DNA of 64,000 nucleotides from Longimicrobiales bacterium (GTDB lineage Bacteria > Gemmatimonadota > Gemmatimonadetes > Longimicrobiales > Gaopeijiaceae): contig CAXXKM010000001.1 in assembly GCA_963664435.2 (NCBI GenBank), forward strand, positions 32,001-96,000, read 5' to 3'. Below are positions 46,785-56,354 of this stretch, piece by piece (position 1 is the first letter of the stretch; each line of letters begins with the position of its first letter). A program made the position numbers and the translations under genes. A model generated the notes under the pieces. That model had not been told where the DNA came from and ran no database searches. It saw only the letters and a program-made list of their open reading frames with translations.

Positions 46785-48416
46785 ATGGCCGAACACCACG
46801 GACAGGCCAGCCCGCGGGGACGCGCCATCGGCTTGTGGCTCGGCCTGGGCTGCTTTCTCCTGCTGCTCGCCTTTCCGATAGACCCGGCAAACCTGCCCGC
46901 GAGCCGCCTCGCCGCCGTCGCGAGCCTGATGGCGATCTGGTGGGTGAGCACCGCGCTTCCGCTCTTCGCGACCGCCATTCTTCCGCTGGTGCTCTTCCCC
47001 CTGCTCGGCATCATGTCCGGGAACGATGTCGCGCCGGTCTACTTCAACAGCACGATCGTCCTCTTCCTGGGAGGGTTCATGATCGCGCTGACGATGGAGA
47101 GGTGGAATCTCCACAAGCGCATCGCCCTCGGCATCATCCACGCGGTGGGGGGCGGGCCTCCGCGCATCATTCTGGGCTTCATGGTGGCGGCCGCCTTCCT
47201 CTCCATGTGGATCTCAAACACCGCCACCGCGGTGATGATGGTGCCGATCGGGCTCGCGATGGTGCTGCAGGTCGAGGAGACGGCCGGCGCCCGGCACTCG
47301 CGCACGTTCACCATCGCCCTCATGCTCGGCATCGCCTACGGCTGTTCGATGGGCGGTCTGACCACCCTGGTCGGAACCCCTCCCAACCTGTCCTTCCAGC
47401 GCATCTTCCAGATCATCTTCCCCGAAGCGCCTCCCATCGACTTCGGCACCTGGATCGTGATGGGTCTCCCGATCGGCGTCACGATGATCGTGGTGGCCTG
47501 GCTGCTGCTCACCAAGGTCCTCTATCGCCCATCGCCGGAGGTGCGGATCGAGCGGGATGTCCTCGAGCGGGAACGCGCCGGGCTGGGCCCGATCTCCTTC
47601 GAGGAGCGCTCCGTGGCGACAGTCTTTGCCATGACCGCGCTGCTCTGGGTCTTCAGGCGCGACCTGGAGCTCGGTTTCGCCACCGTCCCCGGCTGGTCGA
47701 ACCTGCTTCCCTACGCCGGGATGATCGACGACGGCACCGTGGCGATCGCGATGGCGTCGTTGCTCTTCTTCATCCCGACCCGGAACCGGGCGCCGCGGAG
47801 CGCGAGCATCGAGGCTCCGGACGCGTTCCCGAAGTGGCAGAAGCCGTTTCGCCGGGCATTCCGTTTCGGGGCTGCGAACCGCGTCATGGGCGCGGAGGTG
47901 ATTCCTCGCCTGCCCTGGAACATCGTCCTCCTCTTCGGAGGAGGGTTTGCCCTCGCGGCCGGTTTCCAGGGCACAGGGCTCGCGAACATCATCGGGAGCC
48001 AGTTCCAGGGGCTCGGCGGGCTGCCGCCCTTCGTCGTCATCCTCCTGGTGTGCCTCACCCTCACCTTCCTTACCGAGCTGACGAGCAACCTGGCCACCAC
48101 GGAGATGATTCTCCCGATCCTGGCTTCAGTGGCCGTGCTGACCGAAATGAATCCGCTCATCCTGATGGTCCCCGCGACGCTGTCCGCCTCGTGCGCCTTC
48201 ATGATGCCGGTCGCGACTCCGCCCAACGCCATCGTCTTCGGAAGCGACCGCATCTCGGTGGGAGAGATGGCGCGCGCGGGCATCTTCCTGAACCTGATCG
48301 GGGCGCTGGTGATCGCCACCCTGGTCCTGACGCTGGGTGAGACGGTCTTCGGGATCGAATCGGGCGTGATGCCGGACTGGGCGACGCAGGCGGCAACGGG
48401 GGAGGTCGGCGGCTGA
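46785..48416 (+). CDS. DASS/SLC13 Na+-coupled dicarboxylate/sulfate transporter, copy 1
   Basis: LFLGGF, NLHKRIAL, SMWISNTATA, GTPPN, LFGGG, TELTSN, FMMPVATPPNA. Confidence 0.93.
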   Translation: MAEHHGQASPRGRAIGLWLGLGCFLLLLAFPIDPANLPASRLAAVASLMAIWWVSTALPLFATAILPLVLFPLLGIMSGNDVAPVYFNSTIVLFLGGFMIALTMERWNLHKRIALGIIHAVGGGPPRIILGFMVAAAFLSMWISNTATAVMMVPIGLAMVLQVEETAGARHSRTFTIALMLGIAYGCSMGGLTTLVGTPPNLSFQRIFQIIFPEAPPIDFGTWIVMGLPIGVTMIVVAWLLLTKVLYRPSPEVRIERDVLERERAGLGPISFEERSVATVFAMTALLWVFRRDLELGFATVPGWSNLLPYAGMIDDGTVAIAMASLLFFIPTRNRAPRSASIEAPDAFPKWQKPFRRAFRFGAANRVMGAEVIPRLPWNIVLLFGGGFALAAGFQGTGLANIIGSQFQGLGGLPPFVVILLVCLTLTFLTELTSNLATTEMILPILASVAVLTEMNPLILMVPATLSASCAFMMPVATPPNAIVFGSDRISVGEMARAGIFLNLIGALVIATLVLTLGETVFGIESGVMPDWATQAATGEVGG

Positions 48417-48420
48417 CCTC

Positions 48421-50052
48421 TTGACGGACCATCGACCACCAACCAGCCGCCGGACGCAGGCGATCGGCTTCTGGCTCGGCCTGAGTTGCTTCCTGCTGCT
48501 GCTGGTCTTGCCGGTGGATGCGGCCAACGCGCCCGCAAGCGGCCTCGCTGCCGTCGTGAGCCTGATGGCGATCTGGTGGGTCAGCAACGCGCTTCCGCTC
48601 TTCGCGACCGCCATTCTTCCGCTGGTGCTCTTCCCCCTGCTCGGCATCATGTCCGGGAACGACGTCGCGCCGGTCTACTTCAACGGCACGATCGTCCTCT
48701 TCCTGGGAGGCTTCATGATCGCGCTCTCCATGCAGCGGTGGAACCTGCACAAACGCATAGCCCTCGGCATCATCCACGCCGTGGGCGGCGGGCCTTCGCG
48801 CATCATCCTGGGCTACATGGTGGCGGCCGCCTTCCTCTCCATGTGGATCGCCAACACCGCCACCGCCGTGATGATGGTGCCGATCGGGCTCGCGATGGTG
48901 CTCCAGGTCGAGGAAACCGCCGGCATCAAACACTCGCGCACCTTCACCGTCGCCCTCATGCTCGGCATCGCCTACGCCTGTTCGATGGGCGGCGTGACGA
49001 CGCTGGTCGGAACCACGCCCAACCTGTCCTTCCAGCGCATCTTCCAGATCATCTTCCCCGAAGCGCCTCCGATCGAGTTCGGCACCTGGATGGTGCTGGC
49101 CACGCCGATCGGGATCACGATGGTCGCGGTGTGCTGGTTTGTCCTTACCCAGGTCCTCTACCGTCCATCGCCGCAGGTGCAGATCGACCGGGACGTCGTC
49201 GCTCGCGAGCGCGCCGCGCTCGGTCCGATCTCGTTCGAGGAACGTTCCGTGCTGGTCGTCTTCGCCATCACAGCGGTGCTGTGGATTTTCCGGCGCGACC
49301 TGGAGCTCGGCTTTGGAACGATTCCGGGCTGGTCCAACCTCCTGCCCTTCCCCGGGATGATCGACGACGGCACCGTGGCGATCACCATGGCGGCGGTCCT
49401 CTTCTTCATCCCGACCCGGAACCAGCCGCCGCGCGGCGCGAGCGAGGCGGTGGCCGGCCGGGTCCCCCCGTGGCTGAGGCCGCTTCGCCGGGCAGCCCGT
49501 TTCGCCAACGCGAACCGCGTCATGGGCGCGGAGGTGATCCCGCGTCTGCCGTGGAACATCGTGCTCCTCTTCGGAGGCGGCTTCGCCCTCGCGGCCGGTT
49601 TCACAGACACCGGGCTCGCCAACATCATCGGGAATCAGTTCCAGGGGCTCGGCGGACTGCCGCCCTTCGTCGTCATCGTGCTGGTGTGCCTCACGCTCAC
49701 CTTCCTGACCGAACTGACCAGCAACCTGGCCACCACGGAGATGATCCTCCCCATCCTGGCTTCGGTAGCGGTGGTGACGGAGATGAACCCGCTCACGCTG
49801 ATGCTCCCGGCGACGCTCTCGGCTTCGTGCGCCTTCATGATGCCGGTCGCGACGCCGGCCAACGCCATCGTCTTCGGAAGCGACCGCATCTCGGTCGGGG
49901 AAATGGCGCGCGCGGGCATCCTGTTGAACCTGATCGGGGTGATCGTGGTCACCACCGTGGTGATCCTGCTGGGAGAGGCGGTCTTCGACTTCGACCGGGG
50001 GGTGATGCCGGACTGGGCGACGGGGGTGCCGCCCGGAGAGGTCGGCGGGTAG
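48421..50052 (+). CDS. DASS/SLC13 transporter, copy 2 (tandem paralog)
   Basis: Same length (543 aa) and colinear with copy 1; TTG start 4 nt after its stop. Confidence 0.92.
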   Translation: MTDHRPPTSRRTQAIGFWLGLSCFLLLLVLPVDAANAPASGLAAVVSLMAIWWVSNALPLFATAILPLVLFPLLGIMSGNDVAPVYFNGTIVLFLGGFMIALSMQRWNLHKRIALGIIHAVGGGPSRIILGYMVAAAFLSMWIANTATAVMMVPIGLAMVLQVEETAGIKHSRTFTVALMLGIAYACSMGGVTTLVGTTPNLSFQRIFQIIFPEAPPIEFGTWMVLATPIGITMVAVCWFVLTQVLYRPSPQVQIDRDVVARERAALGPISFEERSVLVVFAITAVLWIFRRDLELGFGTIPGWSNLLPFPGMIDDGTVAITMAAVLFFIPTRNQPPRGASEAVAGRVPPWLRPLRRAARFANANRVMGAEVIPRLPWNIVLLFGGGFALAAGFTDTGLANIIGNQFQGLGGLPPFVVIVLVCLTLTFLTELTSNLATTEMILPILASVAVVTEMNPLTLMLPATLSASCAFMMPVATPANAIVFGSDRISVGEMARAGILLNLIGVIVVTTVVILLGEAVFDFDRGVMPDWATGVPPGEVGG

Positions 50053-50058
50053 CGGGCC

Positions 50059-50610
50059 CTAGTCGTTCCTCTTGCGCCGTCCCGCGACGGCGCTGCGGAT
50101 GGCATCCTCGAGGCGCTGGGGGTGGTCGCTCCCCACGTATAGCCGCCGGCCCTCCTTGAGGCCGACCACGACCGCGCGATCCCCGCGGGCGGTCCAGGCC
50201 TTCTTCTTGCCCGCACCACGCACACCCCAGCCGCCGAACTCCACCAGCGGCCGGTAGCGCACGCTCTCCAGCGAGACGATGCTGTCGAAGGACACCATCT
50301 TGCGCACGAGCCGCACCGAGCCCAGGTGCAACACGATGCGGGTCTCCTGCACCAGCACCGTCAGCCCGCCCAGCACCATGCGCAGGCCCCACCCGGCGGC
50401 GAGGATGGCCGCGACCACGGCCAGCCGGAAGAGGATGCCGCCGCCCGAGGTGACGAACACGGAATACGCGCACGACACGATTGCCCCGCAATAGATGAGA
50501 TCCACCCAGGACGCCCAGGGCGTGCGCTCGCGGTACCGGGTCTGCTCCTCCGTCTTCACTTTGCGCTCCGGTCTGGATGCGGTGAGGGGGAACGCTCCTT
50601 CGGCAGTCAT
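50059..50610 (-). CDS. Hypothetical membrane protein (two TM plus a PH-like soluble domain)
   Basis: Two hydrophobic helices, then EFGGWGVR and YVGSDHPQRL; ATG overlaps the Nudix stop. Confidence 0.7.
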   Translation of the reverse strand: MTAEGAFPLTASRPERKVKTEEQTRYRERTPWASWVDLIYCGAIVSCAYSVFVTSGGGILFRLAVVAAILAAGWGLRMVLGGLTVLVQETRIVLHLGSVRLVRKMVSFDSIVSLESVRYRPLVEFGGWGVRGAGKKKAWTARGDRAVVVGLKEGRRLYVGSDHPQRLEDAIRSAVAGRRKRND

Positions 50611-51182
50611 TCTACCATCCCTCCATCGTTGCCGCCTGCCACCGGCTGGAGCTCTGCCAGCCGACTCTTCAGGAAGCGCCGCAGGATGCGGTAGGTGAGC
50701 CCCCAAACCGGTTGGCCCGCAACCCTGTAGCAGGGGAATTCCCGCTTTCCCGCAGGCGTCTCCACCGCCAACGCCGAGCGCGCCCCGGGGACGCTGAGGT
50801 CGGCGACGGGCACCCAATATACGGCCGCGATCTCGGTGCTGGCCACGTGCGCGTCCGAGCCGCCCGAAAGGAGGAACACGAAAGGGGCGATCATGAGCCG
50901 GGGGATCGCCCGCGACGTTGGCTTCAGGTCCGGAAGCCGGCCCACCAGCACGCCCGAGCTGTCCAGGTCTATCCCGACCTCCTCGTGCGTCTCCCGCACG
51001 GCGGTCTCGCGGAGGTCGACGTCCTCCGGATCCCGGCGTCCGCCCGGAAGCGCCATCTGCCCCGACCAGGGATCGCGCGGGGAACGCGCCCGGCGCACGA
51101 GCAGAAATGCCGGCTCCGGCTCCCGGCGCACCACGAGCGCGACCGCCGCTTGGCTTCTCGGGCCGTTGCCGGCCGGGGCCAC
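50607..51182 (-). CDS. Nudix CoA pyrophosphatase (NudL-like)
   Basis: AAVAL, WSGQMALPGG, TAVRETHEEVG, VWGLT; GTG overlaps the peptidase TAG. Confidence 0.88.
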   Translation of the reverse strand: MAPAGNGPRSQAAVALVVRREPEPAFLLVRRARSPRDPWSGQMALPGGRRDPEDVDLRETAVRETHEEVGIDLDSSGVLVGRLPDLKPTSRAIPRLMIAPFVFLLSGGSDAHVASTEIAAVYWVPVADLSVPGARSALAVETPAGKREFPCYRVAGQPVWGLTYRILRRFLKSRLAELQPVAGGNDGGMVE

Positions 51183-54055
51183 TAGCTCACCACCCTCCTC
51201 TTCGTCCGTGGCCCGTCCTTCTGCTGCAGGTAGGGGACCCCCTTGGTGATCCAGTCGGGCGCCGGTTCGCCCTTCAGGTAGTGGCCGAACCACTCGAGAA
51301 TGCGGTTCTGGTAGTCGAGCTGGTTGGGCTCCTCGGCCAGCCCGTGGTTCTCGCCCTCGTAGACCAGCAGCACCATGTGCTTCCCGGCCCGCCGCGCGGC
51401 GTTGTAGAACTCGACGCCCTGATTGAACTCGACCGCCCCGTCCTCCGTCCCGAACATCATCAGCAGTGGCGTGTCGAGGTTCTCGATGTGATGAACGGGC
51501 GAGTTGTTGAAGTAGGAGTCCCAGTCCTCCCACCAGGGCACCTGCATGCGTCCCTGGCTGATCTCGAAGATGCGCGCGTCCGTGCCCCCGCTGTTCCAGT
51601 AGAACGACAGGTACATGCTCATGAGGTTGGTGAGGGGCGCCCCCGCCACCGCGCTCGCGAACAGGTCGTCCTGGGTCACGAAGAAGGTGGTCTGGTAGCC
51701 GCCCCAGGAGTGCCCGATCAGGCCCACCCGCTCCGGGTCGACCAGCCCCGTCTCCAGCACCGCCGCCACCGCCGGGCGCAGCGTCTCCACGTTCGACTGC
51801 CCCGGCCGCCGGTCCCGGTATACGATGTCCGGGCGGAAGACGAAGTACCCCTCCTGGCTCCAGATCTGCTGGTTGTAGTAGCGGGTCGGGTCCGGCACCT
51901 GGTACTGGTGCAGCCCCTGGGACAGCAACTCGTAGTGATAGACGATCATCGGGTACTGCTGTCCCGGCTCGTAGCCCGCCGGGTAGGTCAGAGCTCCCTG
52001 CAGGCGCCGTCCCCACTCGTTCTCGTACTCGACCAGCTCGGTGCGACCCCACGCATGGTCGTCATGGAAGGGGTTGGTGCGCGTGACCTGGCTGGCGTCG
52101 CCCAGATCCGGGCCGGACGCGAAGTAGTCGGGCGAGTCGTCGAAGCGCTCGCGCCGGAAGACGAAGACGTCGTCGTCCCGGGCCTTCATGAGCGCGGCGC
52201 GGAAGGAGCCGTAGGAGGCGTCGTCCCATATCAGGGCCTCGGGGTCGGCGCCCGGGCGGGCGCGCGCGAAGCCGGCCTGCTTGGTCCACTCTCCATAGGT
52301 GGAATAGTAGATGGGCTCGTCGGGATCGAACGCCTCGGCCTCCGGGTCGGTCTGAACCGCCCGGTAGCGCAGTTCCTCCTCGGCCCCTTTCGTGAGGCGT
52401 CGGCCGCCCGAGCCGTCCGCCTGCACCTCCCAGACGTCCCAGCGGTCGTTGATCAGCATGGCCTGGTCGTCCTCCGTCCAGCCGGCCAGTCCGAACGCGG
52501 GCATCTGCTCACGGGTCGGGGTCAGGTCCAGGTTCACGAACGTTCCGCCCAGGTCGGCCGTGATGTTGCGCGTCTCCCCGCTGGAGAGGTCGTGGCTCCA
52601 CCAGTCCTCGCCCTCGAACCACACCGCGTAGCGGCCCTCCGGACTCCCCTGGACCGCCAGCGTGATCCGCTCGCGGACCAGCGACTCGGCGCCCGAGCCC
52701 GCGTCCACAGCGTAGAGGTCGTAGAACTGCTGGTTGAACATCGCGTCCACGTCGTAGGGGGTCTCGTCGCGGTTGAGGACGTGGCCCCCTCCCTCCAGCA
52801 GCGTGGTCTGGTCGGCATGTTCGCCGCCGAGCATCAGGAAGCGTCCGTCCTCCAGGTGCCACGCGCCGATGTGGTTGCGCGCCCGCAACTGGCGCTCCCG
52901 CACCCGCTGCTGCGGCACGGGATCCACGTCGAGCGAGTGCCAGATCTCGACGCCGGCGCGCTCCTCCTCGTCTTCGCCCGACCCGTCCCCCTCTCCTTCG
53001 CCTTCCGCGTCCTCGTCGTCACCCTCGGCATCGCCCTGCCCCTCATCGCCCTCCTCGGTCTCGCCCGCCCCGGCATCGCCCTCGGCCTCGTCATCCTCCG
53101 CCTCTCCTTCGTCCTCCGGCACAGGAATCCGGTCCTGATAGCCGAGGAAGAGGATGGAGCCGTCTTCGGACCAGGACGGCGCCCGGTGCTCGACCACGCG
53201 CTGCGCCGGCAGGAGCGCCGGCGAGGAACGCGGATCGAGGACCAGGGCGGTCCCATCGCCTTCATCCAGCTCCCGCCAGGCCAGGACGACATGCGCCGTA
53301 TCTTCGTACTCGTCCTGGGTGTAGGTCTTGAGCACGGCCAGGTCCGCCGCCTCCTCGCGCCAGGACAGTTCCCGGTACTCCGCGTCGTCGGTGTCCAGCG
53401 AGCGGATGCGGCCCGACACCGGATCGTAGAGGCGCACCCCGTTCCCGACACGGTCTTCGGCATCCACCGTCATCGCCAGCAGATGTCCCTCGTCCTGCCA
53501 CGCGAGCGCGGCGATGTTGCCGAAGCTGATCGAGGTCCCGGAGGCCAGATCGCGCACGATGGCGTCCGCGCCCGCGCTCTCCTGCTCCTCGGGCTCGTAG
53601 CGTCGCAGCGCCAGATGGCGCCCGTCTCCCGAGAAGGAAAACGACGAGACCTCCTCGATCGTCTCCTGCTCGCCCGTGCGCAGGTTCAGCAGGCCCATGT
53701 CGGTACGCACCGGCTCGCGCCGCTCCTGAAGCGCCTCCCGCTCGTCGGGAGAGATGCCGATGGCGTAACCCAGCCAGGCCACGTCCTCGCTGAACTGCGG
53801 GCTCCGGCCGAAGGGGACCACCACCACCGAGTCGGAATCGGTGCGGTGGATGCGCAGCTCGTCCTGGTCGTTGACCCGGCTGACGCCCACGGCCAGCCAC
53901 AGGCCGTCAGGGGAGAGGGCCGCCTGGCCCAGGGTTTCCCACTGGCCGTAGTCGTCGGCCGTGAGCGTGGGCTTCTGTTGCGCGGAGGCGTCCGGGGCCA
54001 GCACGGCGGCTGCGGCCGCGAGAAGGAGCAGGCGAAACGGGAATGTGGCGTTCAT
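51182..54055 (-). CDS. Secreted S9-family (prolyl oligopeptidase-like) serine peptidase
   Basis: Signal peptide, beta-propeller, GHSWGG, DGAV and ENHGL catalytic motifs. Confidence 0.92.
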   Translation of the reverse strand: MNATFPFRLLLLAAAAAVLAPDASAQQKPTLTADDYGQWETLGQAALSPDGLWLAVGVSRVNDQDELRIHRTDSDSVVVVPFGRSPQFSEDVAWLGYAIGISPDEREALQERREPVRTDMGLLNLRTGEQETIEEVSSFSFSGDGRHLALRRYEPEEQESAGADAIVRDLASGTSISFGNIAALAWQDEGHLLAMTVDAEDRVGNGVRLYDPVSGRIRSLDTDDAEYRELSWREEAADLAVLKTYTQDEYEDTAHVVLAWRELDEGDGTALVLDPRSSPALLPAQRVVEHRAPSWSEDGSILFLGYQDRIPVPEDEGEAEDDEAEGDAGAGETEEGDEGQGDAEGDDEDAEGEGEGDGSGEDEEERAGVEIWHSLDVDPVPQQRVRERQLRARNHIGAWHLEDGRFLMLGGEHADQTTLLEGGGHVLNRDETPYDVDAMFNQQFYDLYAVDAGSGAESLVRERITLAVQGSPEGRYAVWFEGEDWWSHDLSSGETRNITADLGGTFVNLDLTPTREQMPAFGLAGWTEDDQAMLINDRWDVWEVQADGSGGRRLTKGAEEELRYRAVQTDPEAEAFDPDEPIYYSTYGEWTKQAGFARARPGADPEALIWDDASYGSFRAALMKARDDDVFVFRRERFDDSPDYFASGPDLGDASQVTRTNPFHDDHAWGRTELVEYENEWGRRLQGALTYPAGYEPGQQYPMIVYHYELLSQGLHQYQVPDPTRYYNQQIWSQEGYFVFRPDIVYRDRRPGQSNVETLRPAVAAVLETGLVDPERVGLIGHSWGGYQTTFFVTQDDLFASAVAGAPLTNLMSMYLSFYWNSGGTDARIFEISQGRMQVPWWEDWDSYFNNSPVHHIENLDTPLLMMFGTEDGAVEFNQGVEFYNAARRAGKHMVLLVYEGENHGLAEEPNQLDYQNRILEWFGHYLKGEPAPDWITKGVPYLQQKDGPRTKRRVVS

Positions 54056-54111
54056 GGTGTACTTCTCCTGGTGTCCTCCGCGCCCTTGGGCGGGAGATTA
54101 TCTACGCACGT

Positions 54112-55554
54112 TCAGGATACGGCGCCCCCCGAGAGCGCCTTGACCAGCCGGTACAGGAACTCCTGGCCCTCGAAGAAGCTCTCGACGCCGATGCGCTCGT
54201 CGCGGCCATGGGCACGCACGTCGTCCATATCCCCGAAGATGCCGCTCACCCCGTAGACCGGGATGCCGGCGTTGCGCAGGTAGAGCGCGTCGGTCGCGCC
54301 CGTCGACATGACCGGCAGCACCAGCACGCCGGGCCACATCTCGCCGGTGATGCGCTCGATCGGTCCCAGCACCTCGTCGGTCAGGGGAGAGGGCGGGCTC
54401 GGGGTGGGGGTTCCGCGCGGTTCGACCGTGACGTCGAAGGGGGCGGCCAGCTCGGACAGGGTCGCGTGCACGTCCGCGGGATCGTGTCCGGGGAAGATGC
54501 GGCAGTTGACGTTGGCGCGGGCCAGCTGGGGGAGCGCGTTCTGGGCGTGGCCTCCCTCGAGCAGGGTCGCGACGCAGGTGGTGCGCAGGCGCGAGTTGTA
54601 CCCGGTCTCGGCCGACAGTACGCGGGCGGCCTCGGCGTCCGCGGGATCGGCCAGCAGACGGCGCATCGCCTCGCCCATCTGGCCACCGACCAGACCCGCG
54701 GAGCGGCCGAAGAACTCCTCGGTGGTCTCGTTGAACATGACCGGGAAGTCGTGGTTCTGCACCGCGAGCAGCGCATTCGAGAGGTCGTAGATGGCGTTCT
54801 TGCGCACCGGCAGCGAGGAGTGCCCGCCCGGGTTGGTGGCGGTGAAGAAGAAGGAGAGGTAGAGCTTCTCCGCGGCCTGCACGTTGTTGGAGAGCCGCTG
54901 GCCGTTCTGCGACATCCCTCCGCCGCCCTCGTTCAGGGCATAGGCCGCGTCGATGAGCTCGCGATGCTCTGCCAGGAGATAGGCGACGCCGTTGCGCGGC
55001 CCGCCCTCCTCGTCCGCGGTGAGCGCCACGATGATGTCGCGGTCGGGGACGAAGCCCTCCTGCCTCATGCGGATGAGGTTCGCGGTGTAGATCGCCGCCT
55101 CGTCCTTGTCGTCCATGACGCCGCGGCCGTAGAAGTAGCCGTCGCGCTCGATGAACTCGAAAGGCGGGAGGTCGGGACTCCAGTCCTCGGGGAGGGCTTC
55201 GACGACATCGATGTGGGCGAGCAGGAGGATGGGCGCGAGCCCGGCGTCCCGACCCCTCAGGCGGGCCACGAGGTTGCCCTTGGTGGGGGCGTCGTCAGGA
55301 ACGAGGACATGGACATCCTCCTCGGGAAACCCCGCGTTCAGAAGGACGCGGGCCGCCGCCTGCGCCGCCAGAGTGTTGTCGCCGCGCTCGGTGTTGGTCG
55401 TGTTGATCTCGACCAGCTCCTCCAGGAGCGACCGGGCCATCTCCATGTATTCCGGCGGCGAGGTGTTCTGGGCGGCGACCGGAGCCGGAGCCCAGCACAT
55501 CGCGCCGAGGGCCGGCAGTGCAAGGGACGCGGCGATGAGGAGGGGATTCTTCAT
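54112..55554 (-). CDS. Secreted M20/M25/M40 metallo-hydrolase
   Basis: Signal peptide; AHIDVV, GRGVMDDK, ADEEGG, NEGG, GHSS, AHGRDE. Confidence 0.9.
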   Translation of the reverse strand: MKNPLLIAASLALPALGAMCWAPAPVAAQNTSPPEYMEMARSLLEELVEINTTNTERGDNTLAAQAAARVLLNAGFPEEDVHVLVPDDAPTKGNLVARLRGRDAGLAPILLLAHIDVVEALPEDWSPDLPPFEFIERDGYFYGRGVMDDKDEAAIYTANLIRMRQEGFVPDRDIIVALTADEEGGPRNGVAYLLAEHRELIDAAYALNEGGGGMSQNGQRLSNNVQAAEKLYLSFFFTATNPGGHSSLPVRKNAIYDLSNALLAVQNHDFPVMFNETTEEFFGRSAGLVGGQMGEAMRRLLADPADAEAARVLSAETGYNSRLRTTCVATLLEGGHAQNALPQLARANVNCRIFPGHDPADVHATLSELAAPFDVTVEPRGTPTPSPPSPLTDEVLGPIERITGEMWPGVLVLPVMSTGATDALYLRNAGIPVYGVSGIFGDMDDVRAHGRDERIGVESFFEGQEFLYRLVKALSGGAVS

Positions 55555-55579
55555 GTCCGGGAGACTCGGTTTCGCAGGT

Positions 55580-55746
55580 CAGGGTTGCCGGGGATACGGG
55601 GTCCGGCGGGCCGGAATGCAACGGGTTGGCGGGCCGGGGATGCAAGGTTTGGCGGGCCGGGATGCTGAGGGTTGGAAGGCCAGGATGCAAGGTTTGGCGG
55701 GCCGGGATGCTGAGGGTTGGCGGGCCGGGATGCAGGGTTTGGAAGG
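55580..55746. repeat. Degenerate 22-24-bp tandem repeat, about 7 units, with a 45-bp higher-order period
   Basis: GGATGC core at 55638, 55660, 55683, 55705 and 55728 (GAATGC at 55614); unit resembles GGTT(T)GGCGGGCCGGGATGC. Confidence 0.85.
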
Positions 55747-55942
55747 TGCCCGCGGGGACGGTGTCAGGCAAGCGGAAACGGCTGCGGGGCCGGGGGTGGA
55801 AACGGTCGATGGGCAGGATGTCCCCGGTGGGCAGCCGGACGCTGCCGAACCGGGCCGCGCGCGACGCCGCGGGCGGGGCGGCGGTGGAAGACGGGGCGGC
55901 CACCTGGAACAGCCGGACCGACCAGCCGGTAGGATCGCGCTA

Positions 55943-56224
55943 ATGAGAGATTTCGTCACCTTCATGATTACGATCTTCGTCGCCGGCTGGGGTTCGGCCG
56001 TGCTCTACACGGTGCTGCGCTTCTTCTGGAAGAGGCAGAACCAGGGCTCCCTGCCGCGCGGCGACGAGCGCATGCTTGCCGCGATGCGCGAAGAGTTGGA
56101 TTCGCTGGAGACCCGGCTCGCGCGGGTCGAGGACGAGACCCGTTTCGCGGCCGAGCTGCGCGCACCGCACGTCCCGGAGCGGCTGGATCCCGGAGAAGGG
56201 CGCGCACCACCCCCGGATAGTTGA
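55943..56224 (+). CDS. Small single-TM coiled-coil hypothetical protein
   Basis: N-terminal TM MRDFVTFMITIFVAGWGSAVLY, then LAAMREELDSLETRLARVED. Confidence 0.65.
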   Translation: MRDFVTFMITIFVAGWGSAVLYTVLRFFWKRQNQGSLPRGDERMLAAMREELDSLETRLARVEDETRFAAELRAPHVPERLDPGEGRAPPPDS

Positions 56225-56285
56225 GCCGGGCGGCCCGTGCTCGTCGAGCGTCCAGGCGGAACCAAGGCGTGAAACGCTGGGTGGA

Positions 56286-56333
56286 CCCTCTTTTGTTGGC
56301 CAGTTAAGGCCGATTATGGCGAACAAAAGAGGG
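56286..56333. other. AT-rich inverted repeat between convergent genes (possible terminator or element scar)
   Basis: Perfect 12-bp arms CCCTCTTTTGTT / AACAAAAGAGGG plus inner GCCA/TGGC. Confidence 0.6.
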
Positions 56334-56354
56334 GGAGGCGAGGGGGAGGGATGA

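Noticed and set aside
11416..55746. Short repeat arrays at 11416, 28767 and 55580 as possible CRISPR arrays
   Set aside because: Units are contiguous with no unique spacers, and there are no cas genes.
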